A stretch of 64,000 nt of DNA from Octopus sinensis. Its lineage: Eukaryota. Position 1 is the stretch's first letter. Every line of letters begins with the position of its first letter. Under the pieces are notes generated by a model. The model was not told where the DNA came from and searched no databases. It worked only from the letters and a program-made list of their open reading frames with translations. This document shows, piece after piece, positions 24,669 through 38,085 of the stretch. The position numbers were made by a program, and so were the translations under genes. The stretch is taken from the NCBI RefSeq assembly GCF_006345805.1, contig NC_043001.1, positions 83,204,001-83,268,000 of the forward strand, given 5' to 3'.

Positions 24669-24839
24669 TATATAGGTATATATATATATATATATCTATA
24701 TATATATATAGTATATATATATATAGGAATATATATATAGGTGTATATATAGCTGTATATATATGTATATATATATATATATATAATATATATATATATA
24801 TATCTATATATATATATATACATATATATACCTACACAC

Positions 24840-24905
<66 letters not shown>

Positions 24906-25389
24906 AGATAGACAGACAGATAGCTAGATATGCTTATTTAATCCATGGGATTCAATGTAAATGCACTTCAAGTTCAATATATCTAATACGCATAGAACTA
25001 TCAATCACATGCACCGTAAGTTCAGCTTAGTTTTACGAAGACAGAAATTTTTCTGCCATCGCTCAGTGTCATTGCATCGTTAGTCGCTAGCGAATGCGTT
25101 ACGCTGCCAGTGTGTGAATATGACGTTGCGCGTTTGCTTGCTTTCGTTGATGGAGCTTATTTTAAGAGGGATATTTTGTTTCATGTGATTGTATAAAATA
25201 AATAATAATGAATATATATGGAATTAAACAAATGCTAGTTAATAATGAATGCCACAAGACGTTTGTAGACCAAAGTTTAGAACAATACGAAAACTATTAA
25301 TAAAATATACACCAGTCAGTAAAAACACACAACCCGTACATATACTGTGCTAATACTACGCTACAATGTCCCTTAGTTAGAGAATGGAT

Positions 25390-26130
25390 AAGCACGTCGA
25401 TAGGTAGGAGAAATTCCATCGAAGAATCGGACACCAGAAGGTCTTTAGCGAAGAAACCCTCTTCATGTAAGTATTTCGGCTCTTGACTCTTTATACCTGG
25501 AGTCTGCGAGCCGAGGTAAATTACCCCAAGTTGGGTTAAAAGGAAATTCTTGGGGTTAATGAGCTCTCATTAGACAAGTGAAAGCTTTTATATTGGAGAC
25601 AGAACGCAAAGCTAAGCAAGATAGCTGCTTTTGAAAGTTAGCTTTACTTTTGGAAGGTTGTGAAAATATTTCTTTTGACGATATAAAGGATACGGTTATG
25701 AAGCACCTTATCAAACTCAGAAAACGCTTCTCTTATTACTTTCGAGACCTTGAGTCACTCACTGACAGTTGGTTTGTAGATCCCCTTAAATGTGAAATTG
25801 CTGATGTACCAGAAGAGCATCAAGGGTTGACAGAGACACTTCTTGAACATCGATCCAATCATGAATCACGTATTGTATTTAAAATAAAAGCAAAGCGCTG
25901 CAAATGCTTTCAAAATTGGACATGAGGAGACAGTCAATAGCTTGCTGCTTTTGTAAGAACCTACCTTTGCGAACAAAGATTTTCCACTCTAATAAACATA
26001 AAAACAAAGCAGAGAAATCTATTGGAGCCTGAAGACAGTATCCAAGTTGCTCTGGCTTCAAAATGCTCCAATTTTGATATAACTGTAACAAAAACGAAAC
26101 ATCATTTCTCCAAAAACCTGAAGTGAAAAA
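25390..26130 (+). pseudogene. hAT (Buster/ZBED5-like) transposase remnant
   Basis: HLIKLRKRFSYYF..WFVDP, then TYLCEQRFSTLINIKTKQRNLLEPEDSIQVAL (hAT C-terminal dimerisation domain). Frameshifted and probably internally deleted. Confidence 0.8.
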
Positions 26131-26517
26131 AGTTTCTAGACGAATCCTTTTGTTTCATAATGAGGATATTAATTTTATTTTATCGCATGTGTTTTATGCT
26201 TTTTATATTTATAATAGATTCGATAAACCTTTTGAATTCGAAAAAGATCTACGATATTCCTCCTTTCAAATCAAAGAAGTAACATCGGCGTAAATAGATA
26301 TATTTTGAGGCAATTGGTTAAAAGCAAATTCCCCAGACCTCTCCTTTATACTCTAAGCGGGCCGGTCTACAAGTGTCTCTATCTACAGCCTCGAGCCGAT
26401 TAATACACTGAGAGTGAATTTGACAGATGGAAACTGCGTGGAAGCCGTCATGTATGCATGTATGTGTGCATGTGTGTGTGTGTGTGTAGTGTGTGTGTGT
26501 GTGTGTGTGTGTGCATG

Positions 26518-26551
<34 letters not shown>

Positions 26552-26599
26552 GTGTGTGTGTGTGTGTGTATTGTCTGTTCGTGGACCGTTTGATCCAAG

Positions 26600-27070
26600 T
26601 AAATACAGAAATAGCAATGCTAAGTAGTGATGACGTACAAGCAAACTTCAGGAAAGTTAAAATATGTTTGTGGCATATTTTAACTTCAAAAGGCAAATAC
26701 ACTCGCAGTTACCGTGCAGAAGGAATTCTAGCTTATGGTAAAAGGTGTAAAAATACCAGCGCAACTCGGTCACTGATAGTGATTGTTCTAAGATAAATCT
26801 AAAACTTTATAATCTGCTCAGGTTTATCTCTATTAGGTATCTCCTACTGAGGAAGGTTAAGAAGCTAGAAACGCGTCTAGGAGTCCGCTGGGGGCGGGGA
26901 GACGCTGAGAAGATAAGGTGTTTTTACACCTTTTACCATTAGCAATAATTTTCTCTCCACGGTTACTGCAGAGAATTTGCCTTTAGAAGTTAGAATATGT
27001 CACAGACATATTTTAAGTAACCAAAAACTCTTTATTTACTGATCACTGCGTAGCGCTATTATTTTATACA
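26600..27070. mobile_element. Fold-back element with long diverged TIRs enclosing a hammerhead
   Basis: Arms at about 26655-26758 and 26917-27020 (AAAATATG..GGCAAAT..GGTAAAAGGTGTAAAAA), with weaker similarity extending outward. Confidence 0.75.
26841..26883 (+). ncRNA. Canonical minimal type I hammerhead
   Basis: CTCCTA-CTGAGGA-AGGTT-AAG-AAGCTA-GAAAC-GC-GTC-TAGGAG. Perfect 6-bp stem I, intact core, imperfect stem II. Confidence 0.8.
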
Positions 27071-27231
27071 TGAGTGCGCGCAGGCGTGGCTGTGTGGTAA
27101 GAAGTTTGCTTCCAGCCACATGGTTCCTGGTTCAGTCCCTCTACGTGGCACCGTGGGCAAGTGTCTTCAACTATAGCCGTCCAAGGCCTTGTAAGTGAAT
27201 TTGGTAGACGGAAACTGAAAGAAGTCCGTTG

Positions 27232-27265
<34 letters not shown>

Positions 27266-27354
27266 TGTATGTATGTATGTTGTGATGACCTCGTGTGTAC
27301 CGTTGGCGATTTTTTTTCTCTGTCTTCCCTTCTCTGGATCTTTCCTTCTCCTAT

Positions 27355-27389
27355 GTTTCCGACGAAGAGCTCCGCTCGAAACGTTAAAC
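27355..27389 (+). ncRNA. Minimal type I hammerhead-like motif (core U4 to C)
   Basis: GTTT-CCGACGA-A-GAGC-TCC-GCTC-GAAAC-GTT-AAAC. Confidence 0.65.
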
Positions 27390-27482
27390 CCTCCTTCTTT
27401 CCTTCTTTCCTGAGCGTCCAATAATACTATATTTGTTCCACGTCCTCGCGTTGTTGTGTTTTTTGTGCTTTCTTGTTTGGAT

Positions 27483-27537
<55 letters not shown>

Positions 27538-27610
27538 TTGAAATTTATAGAAAAAAATGGTGAACAACAAACAAGTGCATGAGTTTGACGCCCGGAAAAA
27601 ATGAAAAAGT

Positions 27611-27646
27611 CTTTTACGTTTCGAGCCTACGCTCTTTAACAGAAAG
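27611..27646 (-). ncRNA. Minimal type I hammerhead-like motif (decayed core)
   Basis: CTTT-CTGTTAA-A-GAGC-GTAG-GCTC-GAAAC-GTA-AAAG. Confidence 0.55.
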
Positions 27647-27955
27647 AAATAAAAGAAAATAAACACACAGAGAGAATGAAAAAAAAATTGTAGATTCCAG
27701 CGGTCGAACATTACGTGTGTGTGTCTTTGTGCCTGTGTTTGTCTCACCCACCGTCGCTTGACAACCGATGTTGGTGTGTTTACGTCACCGTAACTTATTA
27801 GTTCAGCAAAAAAGTCCGACAGCATTAGTACTAGGCTTACTAAGAATAAGTCCTGGGGTCGATTTCTTCGACTAAATAACCCGTTAAAGCGGTGCTCCAG
27901 CATGGCCGCAGTCAAATTACTGACACAAGTAAAAGAATAATAGAGTGTGTATATG

Positions 27956-29700
27956 CAGTACAACCTCGCAGTACGATTGCACCATTGTACGAGTAATTTG
28001 CTGTACGAGCAAAGGTTTGTGCGAATTTTTGCCTTGTAGTACGAGTGAAAATCCGCAGTACGAGCGAGTTTCAAACGAGTGACCGCTGATCGACGCTGAG
28101 CTCGCACACGCTCTCTCAAAAAGCGCAGTTCGCGTGTTTATCTCGTTGTGGCAGCATCCCTGTTGTGTTTTTCCAGTGTTTTCTTTTCAGTTTTGTGCGT
28201 TTTTGCTATTATTTTATTATAATTAGTTGTGTTAGCCATGGGTCCTAAGAAGGTTAGTGTAAAGGACAGTGCTGAGAAGAAGAAAAATCTGATTATGGTA
28301 AGAAATCATTGATAAACATGAGGAGTGCGCGTAGTGGACATAGCACGTCAATACGACGAAAGCAAATCGACTATCTGCACCATCGGGAAGTAAAATGACG
28401 AGATCAAGGCCGTTACACCAGTAAAGGTCTCCCCAGGCTCTCCAAGCAACGCACATCTTTTCACGAAGAGTTGGAAAAATTGCTTCTCCTGTGGATCACG
28501 AGAAGCAACTTGAAGGGGATACGATTACGGAGACCATCATCTATGAGAAAGCACGCGTCTTGGAACATCGATGGAAGATACATCAGCAGATGCATTTAAA
28601 GCCAGTCACGGCTGGTTCGATAATTACAAGAAGAGGACTGGTGTTCATAGCGTCGTCAGGTATGGAGAAGCAGCGAGTTCTGCCTCGAAGGCAGCTGACG
28701 ATTTTGTGCGTGAATTTCGTCAGCGCATCGCAGCCAAGAGATACATCGCACAACAGTTATTGTTGTGATGAAACCGGCTTTTTTTTTGGCGTGGGTGGGG
28801 GTTGGAATGTCCAGAAGAAGCTACATAACTGTAGAGAAGAAAATGCCAGTCCACAAGCCTATGAAAGATAGGCTAACTCTCGCCCTTTGTGCCAATACAA
28901 GTGGAGACTTGAAGATTAAGCGGCTCCTTGTCCACCATTCCGAAAATTCAAGAGCGTTCAAGTCGCACAAAATCCTGAAGGAGAAGCTGCAGATCATGTA
29001 GAGAGCAAATGTTAAAGCCTGGGTCACTAGGCAATTCTTCACAGAGTGGGCCAACATTATCTTCGGATAAGCAGTGAAAAAGTACCTTCAGGAGAACAAT
29101 CTTCCTCTCAAGGCCTCCTCGTCCCATCCTCGAAAGTGCTCCTGCTCATCCTCCTAACTTCGAAGATAATATCCTGGACGAATTTAAATTAATAAGAGTT
29201 TATACCTTTCACGCATCACCACCCTTATCGTGTAGCCCATAGCCTAACAGGTGATTTCTAATTTTAAGAAATTGTACAGCCAACACCTGTTTCGTCGGTG
29301 CTTTAAAGTTACCGAAGATACAAATTCAACCCTTCGTAAGTTTTAGAAGGAGTACTATAATATTGTTAAGTACCTGAAAATCATCGATATGCCCTGACAG
29401 GATGCAACGAGGAGAACGCTGAATTCTGCAAGGCGGAAACTCTGGCCTGACTGCATATCCGGAAAAGGCCTCGACGGGTTTGAGTCTCAGACACCTGGAG
29501 TCGAGGAGCCCATGGGCCTTGATGTTGACGATTTCATCGAGGAACACACAGAAGAGCTGACGACAGAGGAACTCCTGCAGTTTAAGGAGCAGCAGCATTC
29601 GAATGCGGTGGAATAGTTTGGTTCCCCGGAAGAGGATAGAGTAGCGGAGAAGGCTATCTCTACGAGGGACATTGGCAAAGTGTTGGCAAAGTGCCAGTAT
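27956..29700 (+). pseudogene. pogo/Tigger DNA transposon with decayed CENP-B-like/DDE transposase
   Basis: Left TIR CAGTACAACCTCG at 27956. ATG at 28238 (MGPKK). HTH region LEKLLLLWI, FKASHGWFDNYKKR, CDETG, KDRLTLALCANTSGDLKIK and AWVTRQFFTEW. Many frameshifts; right TIR not seen. Confidence 0.9.
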
Positions 29701-30687
29701 CTTTCTCTTTTTCTCTGATCCTTTTCTAATCTTTCAATCCCGCCGTCCCCTACCTATCTCTCCTCCTTCAACGTGACCGGTGTCCAGCCAGCCATGATCT
29801 TTCTTTCTTGGCCTGACTACCGACCGCTGACACCTCTTATATCCATGTCCTACGTTCCTGCCTTTAGGTTTTCACTTCATACACGCAAGCTCAATTGGAT
29901 TCGTTCTCAGTCGAAAGACACATGTTGTTATTATCTTGTTCTCATTCGTAACTGTATACCAGGTTCTCCGATTTTTACCTTTGTTGCCGTACACATTCGC
30001 TAGCTTTCTTACAAAGGGGTCTAATAGTGTTAACTCAGACTTTTTGGGGTGGGGGGCAACTAGATCGAACCGTCTCAAGTGTAACTGCCCGAAACGGGGT
30101 CGTGACTTGACTGAGGTAAGAAGACTTGACCGAGATATAAAAACCAAGAATGACCCATCTTTTTTTGCCTGTCCTTCTAATTGCTGTTTCTCTTATCCGC
30201 CTTTGTATCGTCTATTTGTCCGAATGTTTTTATTGTCCTCTGTTGCGTTTTTGTTCCATATATATATTACCTTCGAAACACGTAATAAGTCGAAACAGGG
30301 GCAGCTGAAGAAGGGGAATGTCCCTTGTGTTGTGTGTCTTGAACTCTGTTTTTTCGTTGTTAAAACAAAGTCCGTTTCCTTGTTTTGCTTTTATGTTTTC
30401 GTTTCTCGTTGTGTTCTACGTTTTTTGTGGTGTCATGTACCCATATATACATGTATATATACATATAGATGTGTGTATGTACATATATGTATGTATGCAT
30501 ATGTTTTATTTATTAAATTGTTATTATATATATATATGATTTGATTGATTTTGATTTTTCCAGTTTCAGCTAATGAGCTGTGGCCATGCTGGGGCACCGC
30601 CATTTATATATTGATAAATTGATTAGAATGGTAAGACAACAAAAGAATGAAAGAGACCTCGATATTATGTAAATAGAGGAATTTATC

Positions 30688-30882
30688 TGTAAATGTAATA
30701 TGTGACAATTATTCGGTAGCCATGATAAAACTCCGAGTTTCGGATGCCGATGTGGAAATCCACGCCGTCATCTCTCCGATGGCCGGATAACTGAAGAGAT
30801 GGCGGCATAGATTTCCACCTCGGCATCCGAAACTCGGAGTTTTATCATGGCTACCGAATAATTGTCACATATTACATTTACA
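30688..30882. ncRNA. Palindrome (~88-bp arms) whose loop and right arm form a type I hammerhead
   Basis: GATAA-CTGAAGA (30791)-GATG...CATC-C-GAAA (30829)-CTC-G-GAG-TT-TTATC. Confidence 0.65.
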
Positions 30883-31709
30883 CACACACACACACACATA
30901 TATATATATTATATATATGCATACATACATACAGATTAAATAGATAGATTGACAGATAGATAAATACATAAAAAGATATATAGACGGATGGACAGACAGA
31001 CAGACAGGCAGGCAGACAGACAGACAGGCAGACAGACAGACTGACAGATAGATAGATAGATAGATAGATAGATGATAGATAAAGCGTGCTAGTATGTATC
31101 AGTCTATATCTGCTAACATTGAAAAGCACACCTCACGACGACCACGACTACCATCATCATCATCAGCAGCAGCAGCACCGACTCTATCTCCCCAGTCCAG
31201 CACAAACGTATCTCCCATACCTTTTTCCTTTCCCCTCCTCTCTCTATCTTTTTAAATATAACCTTCCCTTGCCCCCTTTTGCTCTGATCACTCAAACTCC
31301 ACCTCACCACCACCACTCCCTTCCTTCTTCATCTTCAACGTCACAGGTGCTTCCCTCCCCCTCCGCACCTCTCTTTTTCACACTGCAGTAATTGGAATGA
31401 AATGGTGGTGGTGGTGGTGGTGGTGGGAAGAAGAGGACAGAGAGAGAGAGAGAGAGAGGAGAAAGAGAGGGAGAGAGGGGCAATAGATGCCGAATCGTTT
31501 TTCACTGCAACAGTCAGTCGGCGCTACCGTACGCGCCCGCACGCGCACGCAACATACACCGGCCGTGCAGACAGACAGGCACTTTCAAAATCACGCGTAC
31601 TTTACACACACGCACGCACACACACACACACACGTCCATGTATGTATGCATGCGCACCTGTGATTGTGTGTGTGTATGTATATTTCTCTCTCTCTCTCTC
31701 TCTATATAT

Positions 31710-31742
<33 letters not shown>

Positions 31743-31811
31743 AGATAGATAGATAGAGATAGGTTTATATATATATATATATAAAGCTATAGATAGATAG
31801 ATAGATAGGTT

Positions 31812-31860
<49 letters not shown>

Positions 31861-32726
31861 GTATGTATATATATATATATACATACGAGTAAATGCAGAT
31901 GAGCGCACACACACACACACATCCACATGCTCCCTCTCATACACACACATACACACTCACACACTCACCGAAGCCTGACAGGTTTTAACAGACAAATAGA
32001 CACAGAAGCGAACTGAAGCCATGCAATTGCACACCCGCACTCGAACACACAGACACAATACGTCAACACTAGCACCGCCAACACCACCACCACCACCACC
32101 ACCATCATCACTACCAGTCACATTTCCCCATCACCTTCGCCGTTTCAGTCTGACGTGTAAGAGGGGGGAGGTGATGGTGGCGGTGGCGGCGGCGGCTTCA
32201 GCGTAACGTCGTCATGGTGGTAGTGGTGGTAGTGGTGTTGGTGATGTTGGCGGTGGTAAAGGTAGTGGTGGCGGTGGAGGTAACGGTGGCAGGGTTAGAA
32301 GGCGAGTTGAATAGGTGACATAAAGGGGGTACAGAGGGGGTGATGGTGGCAGTAATGACGGGAGGAGAAAGTTTGAAAAATCAGTGTCAAGCGTTTGCGT
32401 TTGTGTGTGTGTGTGTGTGTATGTGTGTGCGTGTGTGCGTGTGTATGCGTGTGAATCGATGTATTGTGACGGTCGGTCAGTGGAGCTGTAAAAACTTTGT
32501 TTCTTATCTGTCTGCGTATCTTTTTGTATCCATATACTTTCGTACCCACACGCACGCACGCACACACACACACACACACACACATAAACACATACACATA
32601 TAAACACACATACACACACGTATACATATAGACACACACAGAGGGAGAGAGAGAGAGAGAGGGAAACAGAGGACATAGTCTATACATATAAAGTTATTAA
32701 CACACCACACATATATATATAACAGA

Positions 32727-32763
<37 letters not shown>

Positions 32764-32873
32764 GATAGATAGAAAGATAGATGGACACAGTATAGACTCT
32801 ATACAAAAATATATGTATACATATATTTTTGTATATACACATATACATGTATATATCTATATATATATATATA

Positions 32874-32926
<53 letters not shown>

Positions 32927-33276
32927 CATATATAGAGAGAAAGTGAGACGGCCTGAGAGATAGATGGATACAGTACAGCGAGAAGGTAAACAGACTGTTA
33001 TATACTCACGTGTATATATATTTACAATTTGCATACAGGTGTGTGTATAAGATCCGTGTTCGTGAGTGTGTGTGTGTGAGCGTGTGTTCATGTATCTTCA
33101 TGTGTGTGTGTGTGTGTGTGTTTATGTGCTGCCGTATTATTATCTCAAGTGGCGAATACACGGAAACGTAAATACGGCGTGGTTCGGCGTTATATTACGC
33201 TATACAGGGGTGTATTTACAGCTAACAAACACCTACACACACACACACACATACACACACACACACACACTACACA

Positions 33277-33313
<37 letters not shown>

Positions 33314-33513
33314 TCACATACATACACACTCACACACACACACACATACACACACACATACACACACATACACACACACATACACACACACATACTTACA
33401 CACACACATATAATTGCATCCATATATATATATATATACGTATACATATACATCTTATATATGTATTTATATTTGTATACATAAATACACAGATAATATA
33501 TAGCCGTATGCAA

Positions 33514-33622
<109 letters not shown>

Positions 33623-33657
33623 CAGATAGATATAAATACACACACATTACATACACG

Positions 33658-33713
<56 letters not shown>

Positions 33714-33789
33714 AATACGCTGAAAATATCGCAAGTCATTAAATAGACAAAACAAAGACAATCTCTCTCACGCTGTTAAGCATCAGTCA

Positions 33790-33826
<37 letters not shown>

Positions 33827-34496
33827 ACACAGACACACATACACATACGCAGGCACGCACGCTTACACACATACACACTCACGCAAGGCCGTATATACAA
33901 ACAACAACACATGTTTGATTGGCTGTGACTTTTTTCTCCCCCTCCTCCCCTTTCTTTCTTTCTATCCCTCCCTCACTCTTTCTGTGCCACTCTCCCACTC
34001 TCCCTCTATCTCTATCTCTTCTTTTCCCTTTCCTCCCTACACTTCTGCCTCTTCTTTTTCTTCTGTTTCTTTATCTTCTTCTTCACGAAAGAATTTCTTT
34101 AGCATTCCTCGTCAGTCTAAAACGGATCTCAATAATGCACAACAACCAGTTGGTGTGAAAAACCATTAACCCACCAACCAGGCTGGTTATGGAAAGTTGT
34201 CTCTTCTAAAACACACGCTGGTCTTAAAAACCATTCGACTGATTCCATATACTTCGCTTCTTCTTCGTTTCATTTTATTCCTCCCCTCTTTCTACTTTCA
34301 CCGTGGGACCTTTACAGCGTTAACCGGAATAATTCCACAAGTGACTTTCTACCTGTTTACCTTTTTTACCTGTTTAATCAAATAATTCACTCACCTGTAC
34401 GGAGGACGCTATACATAAACAGCGCGGAGTATACATACATATAACATAGTACATATATATATATATATATAGTACATATATATATATATATATATA

Positions 34497-34960
34497 TATG
34501 ATTACGGACTCACACGATTACATATATATTTATATACACGTTTGGAAGTAAGTGTGTATATTGTTAATATATAGAGATATATAAGTGAGATATATATGAT
34601 ATACACACACGTTTTCGGAGGATGTTTTACCTACCCTTACGGTTTAATACATATCTTTATAACCGGTAAGCAAGTTTTATTATACAGATGTCTATACATA
34701 CATACATATATTTATATATATATATATATATATGATACGGACTCACACGATTACATATATATTTATATACACGTTTGGAAGTAAGTGTGTATATTGTTAA
34801 TATATAGAGATATATAAGTGAGATATATATGATATACACACACGTTTTCGGAGGATGTTTTACCTACCCTTACGGTTTAATACATATCTTTATAACCGGT
34901 AAGCAAGTTTTATTTATACAGATGTCTATACATACATACATATATTTATATATATATATA
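34497..34960 (+). repeat. Near-identical ~234-bp tandem duplication
   Basis: ATGAT(T)ACGGACTCACACG...AACCGGTAAGCAAG...(TA)n occurs twice in tandem. Confidence 0.9.
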
Positions 34961-35881
34961 TATACATACGTACGTATACATATACACAGATATATATAAA
35001 TTACACAAAAATTGTTCGTGTTTGATGCTAAAAAGAAAACATATACACATGCGATGTGTATATATATATATATATATATATATTCGTTTTGTTTTCGAAG
35101 AATGTTTTACTAATGTGTAATTCTAACCGGCTAGCACGTGTTTACAAATTCATACATATATATTTATACGCACGTACATATACACACTACACACGTATAC
35201 CTACACATAAACTTCTTAATACAAATTCTGTGTTGCCTTCCATACATACATATATATATATTTATATTTCGTATACTTATCAAAGCACAAGCTTGTAGCT
35301 GATATGCGTTTACGCATTCGTTTTCGGAGAATTTGTACCCGTTTAATAACCGGTAAACACATGTTTACATTCACACATACACAATACTTACATGCATACA
35401 CACACACGTTCATATACATAGCTTCATATAACTTTCTCTCTCTCTCAAACACACACATGTATTCATTTTCTTGTTTCGGTCATTTGCCTGCGGCCTTGCT
35501 GGAGCACCACCTTAAACGGTTTTAGTCGAAGAAATCGATTTCAGGACTTATTGTTTGTGAGCCTAGTACTTATTCTATCGCTATGTTACGGGGCCTTAAA
35601 CGCACCAGCAACTGTTGTCAAGCGATGGCGAGGGGACAGATATACATACATATACGACGGGCTTCTTTCAGTTTCCGTCTTACCAAATCCACTCATGAGG
35701 CTTTGGTTGGCCTGAGGCTATTGTAGAAGACACTTGCCAAGGTGTCATGTTGTGGAACTGAACCCGGAACCTTGTGGTTGGGAAGCAAGCTTCTTACCAA
35801 ATAGCCACGACTGCACCTATACGTACATACATACATACATACTTACATATATATACACACACACAGGTATGTTGGACAAAA

Positions 35882-35951
35882 GTAAAGAATGAGTACACCC
35901 GGGGTTAGGGTTTTTGTTTGGCCGAAAACGGATGGTGAACGTATTCTTTAC
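35882..35951. mobile_element. Mini-MITE with internal TTAGGG
   Basis: TIR GTAAAGAATGAGTACACC / GGTGAACGTATTCTTTAC. Related copy at 39927-40012. Confidence 0.6.
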
Positions 35952-36108
35952 CTCCACTGAGTGTTGATGCAAATAGGAAAAACAGAACTCAAAATATGAG
36001 TATATGTATATTTTTATTAATATCTAACAGAAGCAACAGAGTGACTCAAGAGCCGAGAGTTTCGTGCGTTGGCACTTCTTTTCGGAGAATGTTTTACGAA
36101 CCAGTAAG

Positions 36109-36151
<43 letters not shown>

Positions 36152-36154
36152 ATA

Positions 36155-36185
<31 letters not shown>

Positions 36186-37396
36186 TTGGGTATGGTAGAT
36201 GAGTTCAGCAAAAATTTAGATTCAAATGGATATGGTACTTAAGTTGAGGCACCAGAATTTAGTACAGTATCCATACAATTTCAAAGTAAGGTGATTAAAA
36301 TCAAAATAACCAACAAGGATATCCAAAGGTAATAATATACCTCTGGATATCATTGTTGCTGATTTATATATATATATATATATATATAGTTACATACACG
36401 TTTATCTAGTCGTGCATGTGTTTATTTGGTAATAATGAATAAATAAAATGACCATCCCGAAATACAACAATGTGTGTATATATATATATATGTATATACA
36501 TACAGACTCGAAGACACGTACATAAATACATATACGTACACACATCTTCGTATAAGCTAGTGAGTATATTTATATGAACACACATACACAACTTCATTTA
36601 AGTTAATAAACACGCGAATATAAGATTTTTAAAGGATTAATATAAATAATGCAACCGGATAGCCACATGTTTCTTCGTCGTTGCTTAACTCCAAGACAAA
36701 TATGTTCGAGCAGACCTATGATAATAAGTGGTTCTAACCGTGGCCATCCTACCTGTATTTTTATTATATTGCCAAGTATCACGTCTTCCAATATATATAT
36801 ATATATTTTTTTTTTTAAGATTGTAGCGTGTAAGTTGACTGTGATTTGGCTGCTATTTCTCGTATGTCATTGGAACAGGTAGAATCCCTGCCCCAAGCCC
36901 GAACTTGGTAGTTGCTGTTTTTGTTGTTTAAGAAGGAAGTGGAATGACGGTACGTCTCTATCTTTGACTCATTTCAGTCATTAGACTGCGGCCATGCTGG
37001 AGCACCGCCTTGAACCTTCAGTCGAATGAATCGACCCTCGTACATTTTTTTAAAGCCTGTCAAGCACTGATGGGGGGTGGGGGCAAACATAGACACAAAG
37101 ACTCACACACACACACACACACACATATATTTTCAGTTTCCGTCTAGCAATCCACTCACAAGGCTTTGGTCAGCTCGAGGCTGAACTAGAAGACACTTGC
37201 TCAAGGTGCTCCGCAGCGGAACTGAACCCGGAACCATGTGGCAGGGAAGCAAGCTTTTTACCACACAACCACCGGTTTTTCTTGTTGCCGGACTACTAGC
37301 AGCAGGGATATAAACAAACCAACAACGAGTTGTTAAGCGGTATTGAGGGGAAGGGTGACAGGGATACACAATGACACACGCGCCTACATTTTTGTG

Positions 37397-37436
<40 letters not shown>

Positions 37437-37667
37437 AAGCCTGAAATTTTATCGATCCCAGTTCACAACTGGTAATTATGTCATCAACCCCGAAACAATA
37501 AAAGGTAAAAATCTATCACATCCATTCGCAGATTGGTATTGGTCAGCCTGGAGCTATATAGTAGAAGACATTTGCCCACGGTACCGAGCAACAGGACTGA
37601 ACCTGAGAGCACATGGCTGCAAAGCGAGCTTCTTTACCACACAGCCATACCTCTAGAATAATAATGT

Positions 37668-38085
37668 GGTTTCAAATTTTGACACAAGGCCAGCAATTTT
37701 AGGTGAGGGGTAAGTCGATTACATCGACCCCAGTGCTTAACTAGCATTTATTTCATCGTCCCCGAAAGGATGAATGGCAAAGTCGACGTCAGCGGAATTT
37801 GAAATCAGAACGTAAGGACGGACGAAAAGCCGCCAAGCTTTTTTCGTCCGGCGTGCTAACGATTCTGCCAAGCTCTCCGCCTTCATTAGGAATAATCCTA
37901 TTCTATTACAAGTACAAGGCCTGAAATTTGGGGGAGCGGGGACAGGCAAAGCAATTACATCGACCCCGAAAAGATGAAAGACAAAGTCGACTCCGGCGGA
38001 ATTTGAACTCAATGTGCAGACGGACGAAATGCCGCTGAGCATTTTGTCCGGCGTGCTAACGATTCTACCAAGCTCGCTGCCTTAT
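37668..38085 (-). mobile_element. Two tandem SINE family A copies
   Basis: Two heads (CTGCCAAGCTC..CCGCC) and B boxes in the same orientation. Confidence 0.8.

Larger units (their letters stand above)
27077..27940 (+). mobile_element. SINE family B with two opposed hammerhead-bearing repeats nested in its microsatellite
   Basis: Head at 27077-27235, inserts at about 27283-27486 and 27535-27710, tail at about 27715-27940. Confidence 0.8.

Noticed and set aside
28640-29570. CTGACGA heptamers inside the Tigger element
   Set aside because: No supporting stems; chance matches in coding sequence.
30285-30330. CTGAAGA followed by a GGGA/TCCC hairpin
   Set aside because: No downstream GAAA and no valid upstream permutation.
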